Assembly (NCBI GenBank): GCA_963736115.1
Contig: CAVTNR010000017.1
Location: 53,110 to 117,109, forward strand
Length of the DNA stretch: 64,000 nt
Source: an uncultured bacterium
GTDB lineage: Bacteria; Zhuqueibacterota; QNDG01; DTFT01
Direction of reading: 5' to 3'
Each line of letters starts with the position of its first letter. Within the stretch, counting starts at the first letter, position 1. Positions 36,773 through 44,293 of this stretch are shown here, in pieces. Under the pieces are notes generated by a model that was not told the origin of the DNA, did no database searches, and saw only the letters and a program-made list of their open reading frames with translations. The position numbers were made by a program, and so were the translations under genes.

Positions 36773-36841
36773 TAAAACCCGCGGCTACCAAATCCGATTT
36801 TATCCGGCGTGGCTTCAGGCAGCGGTTACCGATTTATTTCC

Positions 36842-37276
36842 TCACAACCCCTCTTCCGACATCCAGCTCCCGTGCAGGTTGCAGCTTTCCACGATCCGGA
36901 CCGACGATCCCTGAGCCTTCAGATGAAAGCAGGTGACCGGATTCACGTAGGGGGTCAGGAACACCCGGGTGACGAACAGCTTGTCGACGTAGCAGTCGAT
37001 CCAGTTGATCCGGTGTGCGGGCTCCATGGGATGGAGAATTTTTCCGATGCGGACCGTGACGTCGACGCATGGATTTTCGGGGACCAATCCGCATTTCCGG
37101 GTCACGGAGATTACGGGGCTGTGCTTGTCCGCGCCCTCCGCATGTTTCGAGGCGTTATCGGAGAAATGCTTGTCGTTTTGGGTGAATTTCTCCTGAGGGG
37201 CGAAGCAGACCGGACATTTGTCCGGGGCGCTCCCGAACTCGACGTGACCGCAGACCGCGCAGATGAACAGGCTCAT
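36842..37276 (-). CDS. Superoxide reductase (desulfoferrodoxin-family) with N-terminal rubredoxin-like domain
   Basis: C..CG...CP.C, DKHSP, HPM...H.I.WI, CNLHG.W. GGGAGG RBS. Confidence 0.85.
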   Translation of the reverse strand: MSLFICAVCGHVEFGSAPDKCPVCFAPQEKFTQNDKHFSDNASKHAEGADKHSPVISVTRKCGLVPENPCVDVTVRIGKILHPMEPAHRINWIDCYVDKLFVTRVFLTPYVNPVTCFHLKAQGSSVRIVESCNLHGSWMSEEGL

Positions 37277-37600
37277 GGCATACCTCCCTTTCAAGGTTTT
37301 CAGATTATTTCAGAACTCCCGGTCCGCAGTCCGGTCCTGATGACCCGGCCGTGGGCAGGCAATTCCATTTCTGATTCCTCTATCCCCTTGTCATCCGTTT
37401 TTTGTGCCGGCTGCCTCCGTCCATTTTAAATGATTTCAATGAGTTGACTCAGTCTGGTTTTCCGTGGAAAGGTACATTTTCAACTGCCATTTTGCAATCA
37501 ACTTGTAATTGATTATATATACTGCTGATACCCCATGACCACAAGGCTTTTCGGCCGGTTATTCCGCTGTTCACTTATATGAGCAAAAAACGAACCATTC

Positions 37601-38680
37601 CTAATCTTCACGCGTCTCTGACATATGCTTCGCCCCGCATCTGTGGCATATCGCGAAAGGGGCCTCTCTCCGGAGAGCCCTGAAGCGTGCCGCTCTTTCG
37701 CCGTTCCAGAGATCCCTGAGGGTTGAATCCAGAACGTTCCCGATTTCATAATCCGGAAAATCCACACAGAAATTCGCTTCACCACCAGGCTGAATATCCA
37801 GCAGTCTTTCCGAATTCGCGCAAGCCGGGGGACCGACCGGGGTTTCGGCATCTTTAAACCAGGAGCGGTACTGATGTTCAGTCAGGGGCATGTAAGGATA
37901 GTCGCGTATGCCGTCCAGGTTCGCACGGTACAGGCGAAGCTGTTCCAGAAACAAGCCGAAATCCACACCGGATGTTTCGTGCATGAAGCCCCGCCATGAG
38001 AACGCCGTGACTCCCAGTTTTTCCGCCATCTCCTTCTCGTAGGCGGCGCCCACGGCCGGAGGAACGAAATAATACGGAACCATCACCAGAGTGCCGATGC
38101 GCAGCCGGCGGGCCGTGTCAGGCATGGATCCCAGCCCGGCCACGGACCAGGGGCTCACGGTGAAGCAGATCGAACGGCTGATGCGGATTCCGGCTTTCCG
38201 CTCGAGTTCGGCAAGCCGGAGGAGTCCCTCCTCGATCCGGCTGAAACAACCCGGAACACCGCGGACGTTTTCATGCGTGTCCGGAGGCCCGTCCACGGAT
38301 ACCGTGATATGGATACGGCCGACGCGGACCAGGTCTTCGGCGAAATCCGCGAGCCGGGTGCCGTTTGTGTCAATCGATGTGAACAGGCCTTTCCCCCGGA
38401 TATACTCCAATAGATCCATCAGGCCCGGAAGCAGAAACGGTTCGCCGCCCCGGATCAGGACAGAGCCCAGTCCGGCGGACGCGGCCTCATCCACCACGCG
38501 TTTCCAGTCGTTCAGGGTCATGACCCGGGGGGGCTTGATGCCGTCCCCGCTGTCCCGGTTTCGCGCATAGCCCCCCTCGCTCCACTGGCCGCACATGCGG
38601 CATCTCAAATTGCATGCATGGGTCACGGTCAGGGAAAGCATGGCGGGGAAAGGGGTGAGAGGGGTGCCGGACGGGGGCAT
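37601..38680 (-). CDS. Radical SAM protein with SPASM/Twitch domain
   Basis: CNLRCRMC, GGEP, TNG, VSVDG, C-terminal C...G...C...IGNV...C..C. Likely ATG 38680 (GGAG RBS). Confidence 0.88.
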   Translation of the reverse strand: MPPSGTPLTPFPAMLSLTVTHACNLRCRMCGQWSEGGYARNRDSGDGIKPPRVMTLNDWKRVVDEAASAGLGSVLIRGGEPFLLPGLMDLLEYIRGKGLFTSIDTNGTRLADFAEDLVRVGRIHITVSVDGPPDTHENVRGVPGCFSRIEEGLLRLAELERKAGIRISRSICFTVSPWSVAGLGSMPDTARRLRIGTLVMVPYYFVPPAVGAAYEKEMAEKLGVTAFSWRGFMHETSGVDFGLFLEQLRLYRANLDGIRDYPYMPLTEHQYRSWFKDAETPVGPPACANSERLLDIQPGGEANFCVDFPDYEIGNVLDSTLRDLWNGERAARFRALRREAPFAICHRCGAKHMSETRED

Positions 38681-38840
38681 CGTCATTCTCCAATCTGATG
38701 AGGGTTTCACCCAGAGAAGAAGAGGCGGCATACCTTCAACCGCAGCAAATCGGATCGCCGGGTCGGGTTTGAAACGGAAAACGGCGGCCCCGCAGGCCGC
38801 CGTTTCGACGCATCTATCGAATATGCGGAGCACTAACGGG

Positions 38841-39833
38841 TTATTTCAGGTAAAGCACCTTCTGCGATTGGAACAGACCGCCGGCCCGCAGGAGGATCAT
38901 GTACACACCCGCAGGGACCGGAAGCCCTGCGTCATCCGCAGCGTTCCAGGTGTAATCGTATGTGCCTGCTTTTTTCGCGGCTCTGGAAATCAGCTGACGG
39001 ACGACGCGTCCGTTCGAATCCAGAATCGAGAGGGAGACATTGGAATCATCCGTTACGCTGAAGGAAATCCGGGTTTCGGGATTGAAGGGATTGGGAAACG
39101 CGGGGGACAGCCGGGTTTCGGTGGGCAGGGCGGTTCTGGTGTAAACAATCCGGATCTCGTGCCGTACCGTGGTTTTGCCGTCCGTGTCCGTGTCTGAAAT
39201 ACGGTATTCGTAACTATGGCCGGGCATGGCCGTAAAGTCGAGGTAGCGGTATTCTGTCCGTGCTGAGGCGTCGCCGCGTCCGGCCAGAGATGGATTGGCC
39301 GTGTAATCGGACAGGACCGTCCATTCGGACGATGTTTCCTCCCTGCGCTCAATGCCGAATCCGAGGTTTCCGCACTCCGATTCCGTCGCCCATGTCAGAA
39401 GGATGCCGCCGGCCGCGGCCCTTCCGGAAAATGCGGCGAGGCCGACCGAGAGCGGCACGTCGGTGGCGAAGGATTCTTCGGAACCGTAAATCATTCCCGT
39501 GCCCGGTACGAACATGGAGATTCTGTAATAGTAAGTCTCGCCGGATGTCAGGCCCGTGAGCGAATATGTGAAATTTTCGCCGAAAGAGGGGCCGACCAGG
39601 GGGCTCTCAGCAGCATCGTAGAAATCCGCGTAGGTTCCGGATTCGGTTCCGACTTCAAACTGGATCGGACAATTCTCGTCAAGAAACATGCTGGCATAAC
39701 CGTTCAGCACTGCGGACACATTGGTGATACCGGTCGCCGGATCGGTCTGGATGGTCCAGGGGGCCGTATAACCCGGGTAAAATGCCGCGAGGAATACGAT
39801 TCCCGTGAAGGCGGTACTGAACTTCCGTCTCAT
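38841..39833 (-). CDS. Secreted Fn3/Ig protein with T9SS/FlgD-type C-terminal domain
   Basis: LTGLTSGETYYYR, PLSVGL..F...L.W.TESE..N.GF.IER, AFPNPFNPET...AGVY...KVLYLK. Confidence 0.8.
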   Translation of the reverse strand: MRRKFSTAFTGIVFLAAFYPGYTAPWTIQTDPATGITNVSAVLNGYASMFLDENCPIQFEVGTESGTYADFYDAAESPLVGPSFGENFTYSLTGLTSGETYYYRISMFVPGTGMIYGSEESFATDVPLSVGLAAFSGRAAAGGILLTWATESECGNLGFGIERREETSSEWTVLSDYTANPSLAGRGDASARTEYRYLDFTAMPGHSYEYRISDTDTDGKTTVRHEIRIVYTRTALPTETRLSPAFPNPFNPETRISFSVTDDSNVSLSILDSNGRVVRQLISRAAKKAGTYDYTWNAADDAGLPVPAGVYMILLRAGGLFQSQKVLYLK

Positions 39834-39872
39834 TTTTTTCTCCGGATAAGCGGTACGTGGAAGGGGATAGAG

Positions 39873-39901
39873 AAGATATCAATAAATACCTGTAATAGCA
39901 A
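39873..39901 (-). promoter_or_regulatory. sigma70-like promoter for 38841..39833
   Basis: Minus strand TTGCTA-17 nt-TATCTT. Confidence 0.45.
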
Positions 39902-39906
39902 GCGTA

Positions 39907-40038
39907 TTTTCCCGGACCGCATCCGATGTCCACGATCGACGCGGGATCCGCAAGTGCGATCCTTCCGACCAGATCGATCGAAGGACGGGTGCGTTCGTTC
40001 CCGAATTTCAGATAGGCGTCCGGATTCCAGCCGGTCAT
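39907..40038 (-). pseudogene. tam: Truncated trans-aconitate methyltransferase-like N-terminal fragment
   Basis: MTGWNPDAYLKFGNERTRPSIDL..RI....IVDIGCGPG, then resemblance stops in AT-rich sequence. Confidence 0.7.
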
Positions 40039-40084
40039 CGATTTTTCTCCCGGATCGGGCGGATCCGTTTCAGGGGCGGGTCCT

Positions 40085-40780
40085 TCAACCGCGGATCGCC
40101 GGTTTCATGCCGCCGTACACGGCGTAATTGTAATACTTCCAGACCACGTCCACATCCGTGAACCCGATATCTTCCAGCCATCCCAGCTGGTCCGTCAGCC
40201 GGGCCGGCTTGTCCTCCTCACGGTACTTGGCCAGCCATTTGTTTTCGATTTCGTCCGGAGAGACGCTTTGACGCATGAAAGCTTTCCATTTTTCCATGTA
40301 CCGGTTCTGGAGGTCTTCGTTCGAAGCCAAGACCACGTCCGCGTTGTAGAAAACCCCGCCGGCCGCGAGTGATTCGAAGAGCTTCCGGTAAAAATCCTGC
40401 TTGTCTCCGTCTGATGCCAGGTGGTGCAGGGCGAGTGATGAGACCACGGCGTCCTGTTCCGCGTCGAAATCGTATGCATTGAAATCCGCCCGAACGAAGC
40501 GTATATCCGGATGGTCCGACAGCCTGTTTTTCGCCATTTCGAGCATGTTGGCCGCAAGGTCGACGCATGTGACGGACGCGTTCGGGAAGTTTTGCAGGAC
40601 CCGCGCCGCGACCGTTCCGGTCCCGCAGCCCAGGTCCGTCACCCGGATGGGCCGTGTCGATTCGAAGGGCAGAGCGGAAACCAGGGCGTCCACCATTTCC
40701 GAATAGTGCGGGATGAGTCGCAGGATGATGCCGTCGAATTCAGCCGCTTCCTCTTCGAAATGTTTCCGGATCCGGTCCAT
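40085..40780 (-). CDS. Class I SAM-dependent methyltransferase
   Basis: LIPHY.EM, DLGCGTG, VVSSLALHHL, GGVFYNAD. Confidence 0.88.
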   Translation of the reverse strand: MDRIRKHFEEEAAEFDGIILRLIPHYSEMVDALVSALPFESTRPIRVTDLGCGTGTVAARVLQNFPNASVTCVDLAANMLEMAKNRLSDHPDIRFVRADFNAYDFDAEQDAVVSSLALHHLASDGDKQDFYRKLFESLAAGGVFYNADVVLASNEDLQNRYMEKWKAFMRQSVSPDEIENKWLAKYREEDKPARLTDQLGWLEDIGFTDVDVVWKYYNYAVYGGMKPAIRG

Positions 40781-41164
40781 TCAGGATTTCCTCCGGTTGA
40801 CCTGGAACTCGATCAGTTCCACCGGGGCGCCGTTGTCGAGTATCATGGCGGTGCGGACCCCTTCGGAAGGGGAACACACTTCGCCGATCCGTGTCCATCC
40901 TCGAAGCGCGGCGTCCAGATCATCCACTTCGAAAGCCAGATGCGGAACCGTCTTGATGATTTCCGGCAGGGGGCAGTCCGGGTCGAAGCGCATCCATTCG
41001 ATTCCGAACGGGCTGGTCTCGAACCCGAAAACGTGGAACTTCAAGTGCGGCAGGTACCGCTCCCCCGGACGGGGAACGGATGTGGGAATGCCCAGATGAT
41101 GGTATCGCCAGCCCAGCCGAGAGACGGCGAAAGGGGGCTCGTGATCGAGACGTTTGTCCGACAT
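40781..41164 (-). CDS. VOC/glyoxalase-like hypothetical protein
   Basis: YHHLGIPT, PHLAFEVDDLDAAL, PVELIEF. Confidence 0.7.
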   Translation of the reverse strand: MSDKRLDHEPPFAVSRLGWRYHHLGIPTSVPRPGERYLPHLKFHVFGFETSPFGIEWMRFDPDCPLPEIIKTVPHLAFEVDDLDAALRGWTRIGEVCSPSEGVRTAMILDNGAPVELIEFQVNRRKS

Positions 41165-41169
41165 GGCTC

Positions 41170-41343
41170 TCAGGCCTGATCCTGTTTCATCCAGAACGGG
41201 GCAGTGAGGAACCAGAGGAACATGCCAGCGGCCATGAGGCCGTAATGCGTCTGCATCGAAATGACGCCGCGGAAAACGAGCAGGCTTGGAACCAGCGTCA
41301 GTCCCAGGGCGACGGCCGAGGCTGCCTTCAGAAGCGTCTTCAT
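41170..41343 (-). CDS. Small two-TM membrane protein coupled to the permease
   Basis: MKTLLKAASAVALGLTLVPSLLVF...LWFLTAPFWM. ATGA overlap with the permease stop; AGGAGG RBS. Confidence 0.7.
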   Translation of the reverse strand: MKTLLKAASAVALGLTLVPSLLVFRGVISMQTHYGLMAAGMFLWFLTAPFWMKQDQA

Positions 41344-42740
41344 TCGGCGCCTCCTTTCAGGGATAGCACCCGTCTCTGCTGGAACGCGGCCAGAACGATA
41401 TAAAGAATAACCGCAATGAACCACCCCGGAAGTCCCTTGAAGAAAATTTCCACGTCGAGAGCAAACACGACGGACAGGGCGCCCATCCAGGCCGCGAAAA
41501 CCGGCCATCCGAAGAGGATGCGGTGTTTCTCGGCGTAATACGGCTGCAGGCCCAGCCTGGGGAAGATCCAGAAATCAGCGAAGATCACCGCGCCGATGGG
41601 CATGAGAATGAGGCCGTACAGGGCCACGAAATCCAGGAGCATCATCATGAACGCGGGGAAGAGAGCCGCGACCGTGGTGATCATTCCCGCGGCCAGCGTG
41701 ACCCGCCAGCGTTTCCAGCCCGGCGTGACGGTCTGCAGGGCAAGGCCCGCGCGGTACAGGGTCGGGTTGGCCGTGGTCCATCCCGCGATGACCACCGAGG
41801 CGGCGCCCGCGAGGCCCGCGCCCATCAGCGCGATGGGGCCCGGGGCCACACTGCCGAGCGCGGCGGCGCACAGGATGCCGGACGCGATCCAGGCGACATA
41901 GTGGCCGATGAACATGCCGAACGCGCTGGTGAATCCGACTGTCCACTTTTTCGCGAACCGCATGATCGACAGGTCCGCCATGCCGATGTGCATGGCCATG
42001 TTGCAGAACCACGAGAAAAACAGGATGTGCCAGAACGTGAACCGCGACTGCCCCGCCAGCGGCACGCCGGTCCAGATCTTTTCGTTGGCGACCCGCCAGA
42101 AATCGGACGGCGCATGCACGCCCAGCGAGGGCAGGACGGCGATCGCCGCGGCGATGAAAACCAGGGACATCCACGGGGCCGATATCTTCCCGAAGCGGGC
42201 GATTTTCTCGAAACCGAAAATGGCGAAGGCCGTCACGACGAGGCCGACGGCCAGAACCGTCACCACCCATTCGGGACTCGTCGGCAGACGGTCCGTGAGG
42301 GCCGGCATCCGGAGCCCGAAGGGAAGCCCAATGGCCGTGGCCGAGACGGATATCATGGCGCCCGCCAGAAAACAGTACATCATGGCGTTGACCGCATTGT
42401 AGAGAAAGCTCACCCAGGGGCCGGCCACCTTGCGCAGCTGCCAGTACAGGTTGAGGCGGGTCCGGACCGCGATCGGCGCGGTCAGAAAGGCCCAGCTGAG
42501 CACGGCGAGAATGTTCCCCGCGAGCAGGCCTAGAAACAGGTCGGCCGCCCTTACGCCATGAGCCACGAAGAGCGGGCCGATGACGTATTCCGTGCCTGCC
42601 ACATGCTCTCCGGAGAAGAGACCGATGAAACTGGATGTGCCGTGCAGTTTCGACTCCGGGACGGGCTCCCGGTCGAATTCGTTGAGTTTGTCAAGCGTCT
42701 CGATGACGCGTCGGCCCCTGGCCGCAGACATGGATGTCAT
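41340..42740 (-). CDS. Purine-cytosine permease (NCS1/CodB-like) family transporter
   Basis: About 12 TM segments, EFDREPVP, GEHVAGTE, GWTTANPTLY. Confidence 0.75.
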   Translation of the reverse strand: MTSMSAARGRRVIETLDKLNEFDREPVPESKLHGTSSFIGLFSGEHVAGTEYVIGPLFVAHGVRAADLFLGLLAGNILAVLSWAFLTAPIAVRTRLNLYWQLRKVAGPWVSFLYNAVNAMMYCFLAGAMISVSATAIGLPFGLRMPALTDRLPTSPEWVVTVLAVGLVVTAFAIFGFEKIARFGKISAPWMSLVFIAAAIAVLPSLGVHAPSDFWRVANEKIWTGVPLAGQSRFTFWHILFFSWFCNMAMHIGMADLSIMRFAKKWTVGFTSAFGMFIGHYVAWIASGILCAAALGSVAPGPIALMGAGLAGAASVVIAGWTTANPTLYRAGLALQTVTPGWKRWRVTLAAGMITTVAALFPAFMMMLLDFVALYGLILMPIGAVIFADFWIFPRLGLQPYYAEKHRILFGWPVFAAWMGALSVVFALDVEIFFKGLPGWFIAVILYIVLAAFQQRRVLSLKGGAE

Positions 42741-42758
42741 CCTTTCGATGGGTCCGGT

Positions 42759-44021
42759 TCAGATCCGCTTCGACAGCACACCGTTTTCGTAGGCTTTCAC
42801 GTCAGCGATCCAGGTACCGGCCGGGGGCGCGCCCTGCGATTCGCAGAACATGTCCCAAACGGCGCCGATGGGCATCAGTCGGCTCTCCTCGAGTACGGCG
42901 AGTCGAGTGAAATAGTCCGTTTCATCCTCAGCCCTGCGAAGCGTGTCGGCCGGTTCCAGCAGGGCCGCGAGAAAGGCCTTCTGGCCGGCGCGCATGCCAA
43001 GGACCACGGCGCCGATCCGGTTGAGGCTGGCGTCGAAAAAGTCCATGCCCATATGCACGCGTCCGAGAAAACCGCCACGCACGATCCTGCGGGCGATTTC
43101 CGACACGGTGTCATCCCAGACGGGCACGTGGTCGCTGTCCCAGCGCACGCCCCGAGAGACATGGAGCAGTATTTCGTCCGTAAATAAAAGAAGCGCGCTG
43201 AGCTTGTCGGCCACGGACTCCGTTGGGTGGAAGTGGCCGAGGTCCAGGCACACCCGAAGTCCCCGGGTCAGCGCATACCCGAGGTAGAACTCGTGCGATC
43301 CGACGACGTACGATTCACTGCCGATGCCGAACAGCTTGCTTTCGAGAAAGTCCTTTGTCGCGGACTCGGGAAGTTTTTCCGAGAACACCGCGTCGAGGCT
43401 CTCGAGCAGGACGCGGCGGGGCCCGGCGTCGTCGAACCGTGCGTCCTTCGATCCGTCCGGAATCCACAGGTTGTGCAGGCAGGTCGCGCCCAGGCTCCGG
43501 CCGATGGCCGCGGATACGGCGCGCGACCGCCGGCAGTGCTCGATCCAGAATCCGCGTATGCCGGGGTCCGGATGGCTCAGGGTGAAACCCGAGTCCGCCT
43601 TGGGATGGTTGAAACAGGTGGCGTTGAAATCCAGGGCGACGCCGGCCTTTTTGGCCCAGTCGATCCATTCGGAGAAATGGCCGGGCTCGATCGCGTCCCG
43701 GTCCACCTTTTTCCCGCCGAAGTCGCCGTACATGGCGTGCAGGCTCAGCCTGTGGCGTCCGGGAACAAGAGACAGGATTTTCTCCGCATCGGCGCGGATT
43801 TCCCCGTTGTTCCGGGCCTTTCCCGGAAACGCGCCGGTGATGGGGAAAACCTCCCCGCCGCTGTTGGGCGTCTCGCTCCCAGCCAGGTCGTCGGCCTGCC
43901 AGCACGGGATGGAGAGAGTAACTCCCGACAACTGGTCGAGCGCTTTTTCGGTGTCCACGCCCAGGCCGGCATACGCCTGCCGCGCTTCGTCATATTTTGT
44001 TTGAACGGAAGAGGAAGGCAT
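42759..44021 (-). CDS. rhaA: L-rhamnose isomerase
   Basis: CWQADD, PGKAR, LWIPDG.KD, ESKLFGIG.ESY.VGSHEFY, GHFHPTE, HVSRGVRWDSDH, DFFDAS.NRI. Confidence 0.92.
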   Translation of the reverse strand: MPSSSVQTKYDEARQAYAGLGVDTEKALDQLSGVTLSIPCWQADDLAGSETPNSGGEVFPITGAFPGKARNNGEIRADAEKILSLVPGRHRLSLHAMYGDFGGKKVDRDAIEPGHFSEWIDWAKKAGVALDFNATCFNHPKADSGFTLSHPDPGIRGFWIEHCRRSRAVSAAIGRSLGATCLHNLWIPDGSKDARFDDAGPRRVLLESLDAVFSEKLPESATKDFLESKLFGIGSESYVVGSHEFYLGYALTRGLRVCLDLGHFHPTESVADKLSALLLFTDEILLHVSRGVRWDSDHVPVWDDTVSEIARRIVRGGFLGRVHMGMDFFDASLNRIGAVVLGMRAGQKAFLAALLEPADTLRRAEDETDYFTRLAVLEESRLMPIGAVWDMFCESQGAPPAGTWIADVKAYENGVLSKRI

Positions 44022-44060
44022 TCAGTCGGACTCCGGATTAGCGGTGGAGGTTTTTGCGAA

Positions 44061-44290
44061 GTTCATCGTTCATCAAAACAGCGGTTCCGGGTTTCGAGTT
44101 CCGTGTTCCGGGTTGATGGAAGCTGTAGGTCCGAAATGCCGAGACCGCGAAGCGGTCGAGGCTTTCGGGCATTTTTATGGATTTGTCCGATAGTCGGCGA
44201 AAAGCTTGCCCCGGACTTGATCCGGGGATGCCGGCATATCGGACCTACAACTTTTTTTAACCCGGAACTTTGAACCCGGAACTCGGAATC
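44061..44290. repeat. REPIN-like inverted pair of GTAG-type REPs flanked by heptamer repeats
   Basis: GTAGGTCCGAAATGCC at 44125(+) and GTAGGTCCGATATGCC from 44248(-). GTTCCGG-type repeats on the left, CCGGAAC-type on the right. Confidence 0.7.
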
Positions 44291-44293
44291 GTT

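Noticed and set aside
37492-37516. Fur/PerR-like AT-rich dyad upstream of the SOR gene (AATCAA...TTGATT)
   Set aside because: Spacing does not match the canonical boxes and it is about 220 bp from the start; too weak to call.
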